Shown: positions 32,356 to 42,320, numbered from the stretch's first letter. The stretch is DNA of 64,000 nt from Thecamonas trahens ATCC 50062 (GCF_000142905.1 NW_013657669.1:186001-250000), one strand, 5' to 3'. Notes: a model not told the origin generated them from the sequence alone. Made by a program: numbers and translations.

Positions 32356-35300
32356 TTATGTTTGCGGCGCGCGGCTGGCACTTGACCGGGCGCGACTCGC
32401 TCGCGATGATGCCGTGCCAGTGCGGGATGCGGGGGATGCCAGCGGCTGCCGCGCTTTGGAGGCCGGCCGACGGCCGTACGAGGTGACGATGGAACGCGAT
32501 CGCGTTGAACGCGACGAGAGCGCCGCCGACGAGAGCGGGCTCGACTCGTCACTGGAGCTTGTGCTCACCGCCTGCTTCACAGTCGAGACCAACGAGTCAC
32601 TCGGCTCCGAGGCAGCCTCGCTCTCGTCCGAGCTGCGACCGATGGCCTCAGCAATGGTCATCTCGACAGCATCTTGTGAGTTCAAAGAGTCGCCGAGCTT
32701 GGCGCTGCTACCATCGAGCGAGGTGCGCATGGCGATGAGCGGCGTGTAGAGGGCAGGATGCTCGAGGTCGTCGATGTGGCGGTCGACGATCGAAACAAAG
32801 ATGGCGTCCCGGGTGGAGAGCTCGTCGTGTGAGAGAGGAGCACTGGGCGCGAGCTCGGACGGGGCCGTTGCCCGGCGCGCCCGGCGGCGCTTCCACACGG
32901 CAAACTGGAGCTCGCGCAGGATCGCAAAGATCAGAATGAGCACCGAGACGACAATGACGGTGGCGGCGATGGCAGCCGCCACAGCATACGTCCCACTGTT
33001 GGGGAACTTGTCGGCCCAGAAAAGCATGCCGCAGCCAAGGAGGATGATGACGGCAGCGTCGAGTCGCGTCTCGAGCTGATTGTGTAGCGGAAAGAAGAAC
33101 GGCTCGTGCCGGAGCTGAAAGGCGCCAGAGATGAGGAAGATGGCGCAGAGGAGACTGAAGAGCCACACCTCGAGCTTGGAGAAGAACAGCGCGGTGGCGA
33201 CGATAGCAAGGCGCTTGATAAGTAGCGCAACTTCGTACCAAAAGTATGAAGTGCGATACGACATGTAAATGGGTCCGTAGCGCATGAGCGTTCGCGGCGA
33301 CGCTAGGGTTGCACGGTTGTACCACAGCACGTAGGTGAAAAAGGCCGGCATGGCGACGACGTACACAATGACGGCACCAGCGGCGAGCGGGAGCAGGATG
33401 AACCACGTTGCGTCGTAGCACGCCTCGTCGAGGTTGGCGTCGAGGTAGTACTTGCCATCGGGCAGCTTGGTGCAGTCAAAGAAGATCAGCGTCGCCCGGC
33501 AGAGAGGGATGTAAAGGAGCGGCCCAAAGGTGAAGAGCAGCCGGCCGGCAACAGCCCAACCAGAAACATGGCCGAGCTGGGCGATGCAGGGCAGGGTGGC
33601 CGGCGCGAGCTTGACAACGGCAATAAAGATGCCAGTGAGGGCGAAAAAGACAAGTGGGACAATAATGGAGAGTGCGTAGCGCATCGGGAAAGCCCGCACG
33701 GTGCAGTCGGTGGCAAATAGTGAGAGGTCGATGTTGGCGACGTTGGCGGTCTGCAGCAGCTGGATGACTGGCGGCTCCGGCCAGTTGAACGGGAGCGTGG
33801 CGAGGATGCCCAGGATCTGCAGGTACACGGTCGCGACCGAGAGCGAGTGCGGGACGAGCCTGGTCCGGACCGCCTGCGAGATGCGCCTTTGCTCGCGACC
33901 GACACCATTCGCTTCGGTGCTGAGCGAGTCGGCCTGCGCGTAGTGCTTGGCGGTGACGACAACGACGAGGAACGAGGCAGCAGCAACAACGACGATGAGA
34001 GCAACAAAGAGAGAAAAGAGCGAGACAGCCGAGTTGGGGCACTTGTCACACTGCGAGTCGGTGAGCCGGTAGTGGTCGACCGCGCAAGACTTACAAAGAA
34101 GCGAGTCGGAGGCGTACTCGGGTGCGCAGCTCGGAGTCACTCGTTCGCCGAGACAAGCACCGTCGATGGGGCACTCTGCAAACCCATACTCGCTCATACG
34201 CCCCCAGCCCGGAAGCGCGAGCGGGGAGGCCAGCTGGCCGTCACAGACGGCGCCAGCCGGGCATGCTAGACACGGGGTGTTGGAGACCCGCGCCGGGGCG
34301 TAGTACCCGGCGCGGCACATGCACTCGCCGATGGCTGATGTGTTGGTGAGGAACCGCAGCGTGTTGGCCGGGCAGTAGACGCACGCGCCGTTGTGGAAAA
34401 GGCCATCGCCGCAGTTGGGCTCGGGCATGCACGGCTGGGACGAGGTGCTGTTGGAGTAGAGGCCCGTTGCGCATGGTGCACAGAGCAGAGGCGCATCCTC
34501 TGACGAGCTCCTCCCAAAGCCTGCTGGACACGCGGTGAATGTGACGGTAAACGAGGTGGTGACCACGGCGTCTACACTGTCGCGAGCGCCGATGTCGATG
34601 CCGACGGGGGTGTCGAGCGCTGCACCGCGGCCGCGAGCTGAGAGCTCGTTGAGCGGAAAGGTGCCCGAGTAGGTGTCGAACGGAATGCCAAAGACCAGGC
34701 CCTCGATGACAATGTCTGGGTTGGACGATTGTGGCACAAGCGCGATGCGCGAGTCGACCACTGTGGTCCCCATCTCGTCGACGGCCGTCACATGGCCAGC
34801 ACCGAGAACAATGCCCGAAATGACCTGCGGCGGCGTAGCTGTCACCGAAAGTACAGCCGGTGGCGAGGCCCACCCTGAGCCATAGCCTGCGGCACCGACC
34901 GACGACGTATGGCTGTGCAGTGCTGGAAGCGCCAACCACGACGGCGAGTGGCCGTTGCACACGAAAACCTCTCCGCCGGCCACGGTCGCCAATGAGGCGC
35001 CAGTGTAGTTGGCAGCAGAGAGGTCGATGAGACCGGCGCAGGCAAATGTGGCTCCTCCGTAGACGGCCGACGACGAACCGAGCGAGGCGCCAGCGCGCAC
35101 CGTTACTATCGGGCCAATCAGACCACCAGGCGCGCGCCGGAGCGCTGTCGAAACCACCGAGGTTGGCAGGTAGCCCGAAGCTGCGACGGCAAGAGCGCCG
35201 CCAAAGCCGGCAAAGCTCGCATCGACAACGGTGCGATTGCCTGCCACGTCGAGGACAACGGTGTTACCGCCCTCGAGGGCGACGGTTCCACCTGCACCGA

Positions 35301-38300
35301 GCGGGGCCGAGTTGCCGACAAAGGCAACGTGCGTGATGGCGGCGGTCAGCGACGAGGCCGAGACAAAGAGCGCGCCACCATGACCGCTGGAGGCAACACA
35401 CGAGCTCACCGAGCCGCCAGTCCAGAAGAGGGTGGGCGTGGAGGCGCCGACGAGACCAATTGCACCGCCGCCGCCGACACTGAGGGATGCGGCGAGCGCA
35501 GTGTTGCTCTCGAACCGTGAGTCTACCAGGGTAATGGTGTGATCCGAGCCGGTGACGCCGATAGCGCCACCTGCGGTGCCTGCGGTGTTGGCGGTAAAGG
35601 TGGTGTTGGTGACGGTGAGCTGGGCATTACCGCCAACGACGCTCACTGCGCCGCCGATGCCGGCATTGACCTGAAAAACCGTCGCTGCTGCCGATGAACA
35701 GCGGGAAAAGGTGCAGTGAGTGAGGGTGAGCGACGCAGAGTCAACCAGGAGCGGCGCGGAGCCGAGAGGCGACGTCGACGATGAGGCGCCGACGACCGAG
35801 ATGTGGTCGAGCGTTATGCTGCTCCCGGCCGGGATGCGGAGAAAGGTTCCGCCGAGCAAAGAGCAGTCGACCACAACTTGTCTCCCGCCCTCTCCGCCCA
35901 GAACAGTGTTGTGGTGAAGCGCAAGTGCTGGGCCCGTCCGCGAGCAGCGGACAATGCGAGGCGGCAGGTTGATGCGAGGAGTGCACGACCGGATTCTAGC
36001 CAGGGCGGCGCCAACGCAGGCCATAGACGAACTGACGCCACCGCACTCGGGATGATCGTAGCGGACAGCGCTTGTGGCGCGCTGAGTGTTGCCGACCACC
36101 AGCGAGCCCGCATGCAGCAAGTGGACGCCCGACGGTGTGGCAACAACGAGGTCGACGGCGCCATTGCCGTCGATGTCGTCGGCGGCCAAGGCCGAGAGGC
36201 CCACAAGCTGGAAGCGGGACGATTCGGTGGTGAGGTTGAGATGGGCATGGAGCGGAAAGCGAGTTGCGGTCCGCGTCGACATGGCCCATGCGACCGAGCC
36301 GGAGGATACGGCGCCGTAGGCGACGTGGGCGCGGCCGTTAAACTCCATGTCGCGGACGACGGCCAGTGCTTCCGTGTTGGCAGAGTCGAGGCCAGCAACG
36401 ACGACCGGGCCGCCACCAAAGCCACCAACACCGTTGTTGACTGCAAAGGCAAAGCCAGGCGCCGACGGCGACGACCAGACCAGATCAAGGGCGGTGGAAC
36501 CGTCGACGTCAGCGAGATGAAGGTGCCCGACCGGGGTGGATGATGCGGTGGTGAGGACCACAGGAGCCACAAAGGTACCCGGCGCGGTGTCCGCTGCAAT
36601 CATGGAGATGGTACCCGCAGCGACGGCGTACACGATGTCTTGCCTGGCGTCGGAGGTGAGGTCGGCGATGGCGGCGGCGGTGACGGTGGCGAGGCCCGTG
36701 GCAAGGTCAAGCGGTGGCGCAAACGAGGCCGAGGAGCCGGCGCCGTTGTTGAGGACGATGGCGATGCCGGTCGAGCCGACGATGAGAAGATCGACGTCAT
36801 CGTCAGCGTTGAGCGAGGTCGGGATGACTGTCACAAGAGCAGGACCCACCGACGGCGGCGGCGCGAGCAAGGTGAGCGGCTCCACAAACGAGGCGAGGGC
36901 GCTCCCACCGGTGTTACGGCACCAGACAAGCGCACTTGCTCCATCTTGGAGAATGAGGTCAAGAGCAGCGTCACCGTCGAGATCAGCCAGCCGAACAGCG
37001 GCGGGGGCAAAAGAGAGCTCGACGGTGAGCGACGATGAAGGCGAAAACGTGCCGATGCCAGAGTTGAGGTACACAGAAACTGAGGAAGCTGAAGTTGCAA
37101 TGAGGTCGAGGTGGGCGTCTGCGTTGACGTCACCGGTGACAACATCGAGGTGGTTGGCGGCAACAAGTGAAGAGAGCGACCAGTCGCGTGGGACGGGAAG
37201 GATTGGATACAGATTGGCGTTGGGAACCCGATCGCCTATGGTAGCAATGGCCGGATAGCCGTAGGGTCCACGCGCAAGCGGCGCCACGCCTCGACCGCCA
37301 GATGAAGGCCCTTTGGAAGGAGCACCGTACGACGATGGGTCGGCGAGAGTGGACAGCTTGGGTACGATCGAAGGCAAGTTGGAGTAGCTCCCTAGAACAA
37401 AGTCGTCCAAGCCATTGTTGTCTACATCCAAGAGGATAATCTGGTCAGTGATACGACTGCTAGAGTAGACAGCAAAAGAGGCGGTGAGGGGAAGGGCGCT
37501 CCCGTCGGCGTTGATGTAAAAAAGGATGGTCTCCGTTCTCTGACCCGCGACAATGAGGTCGATGTCCCCATCAGCATCGACATCGTGGAGAAAATGGGTG
37601 CGGACGGGCTCGGTGTGGTTGAGCACGGCGACGGTACTTGCAGTGGTGAGCGGGGCGGCGTTGGAGTATCGAACAACAATGTCAACGCTGCCGTGAAAGG
37701 TGCAGGTGACGTCGGGATATGTGTCTCCGTTGATATCGGCAGCCTTGACAAAGTAGGCCTCCTTGCCCGTGCAGACCACATGGGCGGTCCATCCGAGCGG
37801 ACCGGGCGCTGGGTCCTTGAGTAGAACAACGGCCTTATCCATTTCAAAGTCGTGGTAGACCAAGTCATCTTGGCCGTCGGCGTCGATGTCGGCAAAGACA
37901 AAGTTGTTAAAGTGATTCCGGCTTGGAGAGGTTGAGTAGAGGAGAGTGCCGGTGTTTGGCGTCGGTGAGCCGCCCTGGTCCGTAAAGGAGCCATCGCCAA
38001 CGCCCTTGTACCACATGAAAGCAAAGTCCGCGTACGAGTGGACAACAATGTCGATCACGCCATCGTAATCGACGTGAGCAAAGGCGACACCGTTGAAGCT
38101 GGTGATGGGAGCCGGCGGTGAGGGAGAGTAGAGATTGCTGGCAGTGTAGCCACCTGAGCCATCGGAGAGGAGCAACGTAAGAATGTTTGCATAAGTGCTT
38201 CGTGAGGCTGTGGGATATAGTAGATCTTCAAAGCCATCACCATTCACATCCATGCTCGCCACTTTGTTGCCATGTTGCTCCACGTTGGGAACCATTGGCG

Positions 38301-38409
38301 AAGTGGCGCCCAAGATCGAGGCCGGCCATGGTGGGGCAGGGCAATCACCTATAACGAGTTGTGCGAGGAGCGGGAGAATGATAAGAGCAGCATATACGTG
38401 AGGAGACAT
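32356..38409 (-). CDS. Large cell-surface receptor-like protein: signal peptide, FG-GAP/VCBS propeller repeats, beta-helix (GGAI) repeats, Cys-rich GCC2/GCC3 repeats and about 9 TM
   Basis: ATG 38409 (MSPHVYAALIILPLLAQLVIG). Many DxDGDGxxD loops; FTANTAGTAGGAI; CPAGF..CAPC and CRAGYY..CLACPAGAVC; TM block with YLQILG and YFWYEVALLIKR. Confidence 0.85.
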   Translation of the reverse strand: MSPHVYAALIILPLLAQLVIGDCPAPPWPASILGATSPMVPNVEQHGNKVASMDVNGDGFEDLLYPTASRSTYANILTLLLSDGSGGYTASNLYSPSPPAPITSFNGVAFAHVDYDGVIDIVVHSYADFAFMWYKGVGDGSFTDQGGSPTPNTGTLLYSTSPSRNHFNNFVFADIDADGQDDLVYHDFEMDKAVVLLKDPAPGPLGWTAHVVCTGKEAYFVKAADINGDTYPDVTCTFHGSVDIVVRYSNAAPLTTASTVAVLNHTEPVRTHFLHDVDADGDIDLIVAGQRTETILFYINADGSALPLTASFAVYSSSRITDQIILLDVDNNGLDDFVLGSYSNLPSIVPKLSTLADPSSYGAPSKGPSSGGRGVAPLARGPYGYPAIATIGDRVPNANLYPILPVPRDWSLSSLVAANHLDVVTGDVNADAHLDLIATSASSVSVYLNSGIGTFSPSSSLTVELSFAPAAVRLADLDGDAALDLILQDGASALVWCRNTGGSALASFVEPLTLLAPPPSVGPALVTVIPTSLNADDDVDLLIVGSTGIAIVLNNGAGSSASFAPPLDLATGLATVTAAAIADLTSDARQDIVYAVAAGTISMIAADTAPGTFVAPVVLTTASSTPVGHLHLADVDGSTALDLVWSSPSAPGFAFAVNNGVGGFGGGPVVVAGLDSANTEALAVVRDMEFNGRAHVAYGAVSSGSVAWAMSTRTATRFPLHAHLNLTTESSRFQLVGLSALAADDIDGNGAVDLVVATPSGVHLLHAGSLVVGNTQRATSAVRYDHPECGGVSSSMACVGAALARIRSCTPRINLPPRIVRCSRTGPALALHHNTVLGGEGGRQVVVDCSLLGGTFLRIPAGSSITLDHISVVGASSSTSPLGSAPLLVDSASLTLTHCTFSRCSSAAATVFQVNAGIGGAVSVVGGNAQLTVTNTTFTANTAGTAGGAIGVTGSDHTITLVDSRFESNTALAASLSVGGGGAIGLVGASTPTLFWTGGSVSSCVASSGHGGALFVSASSLTAAITHVAFVGNSAPLGAGGTVALEGGNTVVLDVAGNRTVVDASFAGFGGALAVAASGYLPTSVVSTALRRAPGGLIGPIVTVRAGASLGSSSAVYGGATFACAGLIDLSAANYTGASLATVAGGEVFVCNGHSPSWLALPALHSHTSSVGAAGYGSGWASPPAVLSVTATPPQVISGIVLGAGHVTAVDEMGTTVVDSRIALVPQSSNPDIVIEGLVFGIPFDTYSGTFPLNELSARGRGAALDTPVGIDIGARDSVDAVVTTSFTVTFTACPAGFGRSSSEDAPLLCAPCATGLYSNSTSSQPCMPEPNCGDGLFHNGACVYCPANTLRFLTNTSAIGECMCRAGYYAPARVSNTPCLACPAGAVCDGQLASPLALPGWGRMSEYGFAECPIDGACLGERVTPSCAPEYASDSLLCKSCAVDHYRLTDSQCDKCPNSAVSLFSLFVALIVVVAAASFLVVVVTAKHYAQADSLSTEANGVGREQRRISQAVRTRLVPHSLSVATVYLQILGILATLPFNWPEPPVIQLLQTANVANIDLSLFATDCTVRAFPMRYALSIIVPLVFFALTGIFIAVVKLAPATLPCIAQLGHVSGWAVAGRLLFTFGPLLYIPLCRATLIFFDCTKLPDGKYYLDANLDEACYDATWFILLPLAAGAVIVYVVAMPAFFTYVLWYNRATLASPRTLMRYGPIYMSYRTSYFWYEVALLIKRLAIVATALFFSKLEVWLFSLLCAIFLISGAFQLRHEPFFFPLHNQLETRLDAAVIILLGCGMLFWADKFPNSGTYAVAAAIAATVIVVSVLILIFAILRELQFAVWKRRRARRATAPSELAPSAPLSHDELSTRDAIFVSIVDRHIDDLEHPALYTPLIAMRTSLDGSSAKLGDSLNSQDAVEMTIAEAIGRSSDESEAASEPSDSLVSTVKQAVSTSSSDESSPLSSAALSSRSTRSRSIVTSYGRRPASKARQPLASPASRTGTASSRASRARSSASRAPQT

Positions 38410-38677
38410 AGTGTACGTGTATATGTGCGTGTGTGTTTGCGTATGAGAGAAAAAGGTGGTGTGTGTGCTGCGGGTGGGCGGGAGTCGTGTGTGAGAGTGC
38501 GTGATGTACGCGTGGGTGTCGGTGTCGGCGAACATGTGGTGGAGAAATGAGTTGTGTGCCACACTTTGGCACGGGGGGGTATGGATTTGGGGAAGCAGGT
38601 AGAGGCTGAGTGAGGGAAGGTGTGAGGCTGGGCAAGGGCCTGTGGTAGCTTGTGATTCAGTCCGTGGCCCTGGCTAT

Positions 38678-38745
38678 GGTTGTGGTTTTGGTTGTGGTTG
38701 TGATTGTGGTTGTGGCCGTGGCTGTAGCTGTGGTTGTGGTTGTGG
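38678..38745. repeat. (TGTGGT)n-like hexamer microsatellite in a divergent intergenic region
   Basis: Imperfect TGTGGT/TGTGAT/TGTAGC units. Confidence 0.8.
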
Positions 38746-38940
38746 GGTTTGCCAGGCTTCTACAGTGTGCACATCACGCTTCGCTGTCTTCCATTCGGCT
38801 CTGGCTGTGGCGTCTCCTCCTGCCAATGCGCGCTACATTTGTCGCCGTTGGTCTCCTTGCATCCATCGCAGACATTCCTTGCAGGCTGCCGACAACCTTG
38901 CGTTGGGCTCGCGGTTTGGGGTGCCATAGACAGAAACATC

Positions 38941-39867
38941 ATGGCGATGCTGAGCAGTATAGAGGAGGCGCTAGGAGCGCTGAAGCGGGCGGCGGCGGTG
39001 TTTGTCATGGCTGGCGCGGGTATGGGGTGTGACTCGGGTCTGCCGGCCTTCCGTACACCGGATGGGTTTTGGAAGGCATATCCGCCGTTTGCGGCGCGCG
39101 GGCTGGAGTTTCACGAGGTCTCTACGCCCAAGTGGTTTGATGAGGATCCGACAATGGCATGGGGCTTCTTTGGGCATCGCCACCAGCTCTACACCGCGGC
39201 CGAGCCGCACTCGGGCTACCATCGGCTGCTGGAGCTAATAAGCGCCAAGGAACCGATCGGGGTGACCAACGGTGGCGAGGACGATGATGGCGGCGATGTG
39301 CCGCCGGGCTTTGTCTTTACCTCGAATGTGGATGGCGCCTTTGTCAAGGCTGGCTATCCGCCGCAGGCCATCGTCGAGTGCCACGGCTCGCTGGGCCACC
39401 TCCAGTGCGTGGCGCCGTGCAGCGACGCGATCTGGACAGCTCCGGATGGCTTGAGCATTGTGGTCGATGAGGATACGTTTCGGGCGGCAGAGCCGCTGCC
39501 GGCGTGCGGAGCGTGTGGCGGACTGGCGCGGCCCAACGTGCTGATGTTTGGCGACTGGCGGTGGGTCGCGGACCGAACTGAAGCGCAGGAGGAGCGCTAC
39601 GCTCAGTTCCGTACTCATGTCAGGGCCCACCTTCGGATGAACCCGAGCGCGACGGTGGCGATTGTGGAGATGGGCGCGGGCAAGGCGGTGCCGACGGTCC
39701 GGCTCGAGTCTGAGGAGCTCGCTCGTGATTTTGGCGCGCGGGCAGCGCTCATCCGCATCAACCCTGCCGAGGCCGACATACCCGACATCGGCCTCGCGCG
39801 CGGCATCGAGCTCGCAATGGGAGCCAAGGCAGCGTTTGATGCGTTTGAGGCAGTCGAGCGGAGCTAG
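38941..39867 (+). CDS. Sirtuin (Sir2 family), bacterial-type subfamily
   Basis: AGAGMGCDSGLPAFR, FTSNVDG, ECHGS, zinc-binding CxxxC/CxxC, ARPNVLMFGD, EMGAGKAVPTVR and LIRINP. Confidence 0.9.
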   Translation: MAMLSSIEEALGALKRAAAVFVMAGAGMGCDSGLPAFRTPDGFWKAYPPFAARGLEFHEVSTPKWFDEDPTMAWGFFGHRHQLYTAAEPHSGYHRLLELISAKEPIGVTNGGEDDDGGDVPPGFVFTSNVDGAFVKAGYPPQAIVECHGSLGHLQCVAPCSDAIWTAPDGLSIVVDEDTFRAAEPLPACGACGGLARPNVLMFGDWRWVADRTEAQEERYAQFRTHVRAHLRMNPSATVAIVEMGAGKAVPTVRLESEELARDFGARAALIRINPAEADIPDIGLARGIELAMGAKAAFDAFEAVERS

Positions 39868-40004
39868 AGCCAGCCCATGATGCGATAAAAATTTCAAGAA
39901 TTTTGTGGTTGGCGCCCCACCCAGCGGTTCAGCCCTGCACTCGGCCTCGGCCACGGGCCACATCTCTCTCTCTCTCCCTCCTTCAGAAACACACCAGGAA
40001 CAAC

Positions 40005-40747
40005 ATGGAGTTTGGAGACGGCATCGCATCGTCGCGCGCGCGTCTGCAGCGGCTCAAGGTCCGCGGTCTGGGTCTGGTCGGCGGGCCAGCCCGAGTCCCT
40101 CTCGGTGATGCCACCAACGGCTCAGGCGAGCTGGCGGCGTCGGGTGCGTATCAGAAGTCTGCAGCAGTCATTGCCAAGGCGCGTGCGGTGCTTCAGGAGC
40201 GGAACGCTTCGATGGCGGCGGCAGCAACTGTGGCTGTGGTGGGCGAGATCGAGAATCAGAAGGAGGCTGAGGTCGAGGCTGAGGCTGAGGTCGCAGCCGA
40301 GTTGGAGGCTGAGGTCGAGGTCGAGGCAAAGATTGAGGTCGAGGCTGAGGTTGAGACTGAGGTCGAGGCCGAGTTTGCTATGGCTGATGCCATGGCGGAA
40401 GTGTTTGAGGAGATTGTGACGGCCGAGAAGGAGACGCCCAAGTTTGAGATGGGCGCCCAGATGGCCAAAGTGCTTGACGAGGTGGTTGCCAACAAGGAGG
40501 ATGAGGAGCAGGAGCAGGAGGTCAAGGTCGAGCCGGTGGCGCCGCCGCGGCGAATGACGCGGGTGGAGAAGGCGCGGTTGGAGGCGCTGGCAGCGTTTGG
40601 AGGCTCATCATCGCTCGACGATGTGTTTGCCAAGGCTGAGGCACCTGCCAAGGTTGTGGAGGAGGAGCAGCAGGCTGCACCGAAGCGAATGACACGGGTG
40701 GAGAAGGCACGGCTTGAGGCGTTGGCCGCGTTTGGAGGATCGTCGCT
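40005..40747 (+). CDS. Hypothetical protein with D-box-like motifs and 45-aa tandem repeats; truncated by the gap
   Basis: ATG 40005; RVPLGDATN; an EAEV-rich tract; RMTRVEKARLEALAAFGGSS repeated at 135-nt spacing. Confidence 0.6.
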
Positions 40748-41118
40748 NNNNNNNNNNNNNNNNNNNNNNNNNNNNNNNNNNNNNNNNNNNNNNNNNNNNN
40801 NNNNNNNNNNNNNNNNNNNNNNNNNNNNNNNNNNNNNNNNNNNNNNNTCCCCTCCTCCCCCCCCCACCCCCCCCCCCCCCCCCCCCCTCCCCCTCCCCCT
40901 CCTCTCGCCGCGCTGCTGGCTGGCTGCGCGTGACCCGCCACAGGTGCGGCACGTTCGGGCAATGGTCGCTTTTTCCTCGGACCTTTTTTTGCGACCTTTG
41001 GGCGATTGTGGCCTTTGCTTGCCCATGCTCGGCACTTGGTGGGGATGGGGATAGGCATGAGCCATGGATCGATGTGTATACTTACAGAGAATGGCCCTTT
41101 CGGTATGGATGTATTCAG

Positions 41119-41788
41119 GACCGGGATGCCAGCAGGAATGGCAGACTGGCGTCAAGGCGCTCCTCCACACCGCGGACGTGCTCGCTATCGCTAACTTTAC
41201 CTACGTATGTTGCTCTCCCCCCCCTCCTTTCCTCTCTCTCTCTCTCTTGCTTTCTCTCCAACTCACAGCTCCCTGCCCTAGTATCCGTACGGTAACGCGC
41301 GCGGCTACGAGCCCAACGTCGAGTGCCAGCACGGGCCGAACGAGTGCCTGGGCAACAAGATCGAGGCTTGCCTCATGCACCTCAACCCCAAGCCGACAAC
41401 CTGGGTCCAGGCGCTGGTTTGCATGGAGTCCGGTACACCGTACGCCAACTGGAAGAAGTGCGCGTCGGAGAACTCGCCGGCCATCGAGACGGCGCCTATC
41501 GAGTCGTGCATCGAGGGCTCGCTCGGCAACCAGCTGATCAACGACGCGGCCCGCGCCACCAACTCGCTCAACCCGCCGCATCAGTACACCCCGTGGATTA
41601 CCATCAACGGCAAGCCCAAGCAGGGCTCGCTCATCCGCGAGATCTGCGACGCGTACACGGGCACCAAGCCGTCCGGCTGCTCGTCGCCGTCGTCGTCGTC
41701 CGGATCCTCGGGCTCGTCGTCAGGCTCGTCGTCTTCGGCCGCTGCCGCTGACTACAACCTTCCGCGCGACCTTTGCTTCCGCGATTAG
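41119..41788 (+). CDS. IFI30: GILT-family thiol reductase; first exon in the gap; candidate selenoprotein (U-P-G-C)
   Basis: Exon 41119-41204 (xPGCQQEWQTG...NFTY); intron 41205-41281; exon 41282-41788 with YPYGNA, the signature CQHGPNECLGN, and YTPWITING. Confidence 0.85.
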
Positions 41789-41851
41789 TTTTCAACAGTT
41801 TTTCTGCCTCCTCCCGCAGCCCTCATCGGTCTCCGACCTCTGCCCGTAGCC

Positions 41852-41941
41852 GCAGCGTCCGGGCGTGGCCGCCCTGACGGCCGCTGTCCACCGTCCTCGC
41901 ATGCCGAGGACGAGCAGCGAGCCTGAGCATGCGGGACGTGC
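41852..41941 (+). promoter_or_regulatory. Candidate non-canonical type II SECIS element in the GILT 3' UTR
   Basis: Helix I CGTCC/GGACG and GCGTG/CATGC; core CTGAC(41874)...TGAG(41924); helix II GGC-CGCTGT/GCAGCG-A-GCC; apical 8-bp minihelix CGTCCTCG/CGAGGACG. Confidence 0.55.
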
Positions 41942-42320
41942 GCGAGTCTTTGGACTCGATGCATGTCTCGCTCTCCCGCCACGCCCCCCCGCCGCGGCGC
42001 GAAGCCGGCGCGCGCATCTGTACTGCGCTCCCACTCCCTCGTCCCGCACCTCGCTGACCGGCAGCTCCCTCTTGCTCTGTTCCGTACGCCTCCGATCTCC
42101 CGCCCCTGCCATTCCTGCCCCCGTCTCGCCGCGGGGAAGTGGGCGGTCCGAGAACGAGGCGTTGCGGCAGAAACACTGCTGCCGCCCACAGCACCCTGCG
42201 CCCGCCGTCTCGCGCGTGGATGCCAACGCCGAAGAGTTCTGCTCCATAGCACAAAGGAACACACACCTGCAGCCCCCCCCCCCCACCCCCTGCAGTTTTC
42301 ACGTGACTAAGCTTGGGCGT

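Noticed and set aside
42148-42240. Second SECIS-like arrangement (ACGA-13 nt-AAA...CAACGCCGAA)
   Set aside because: The core is CGA rather than UGA and the apical region is about 50 nt; it is weaker than 41852-41941, though worth folding.
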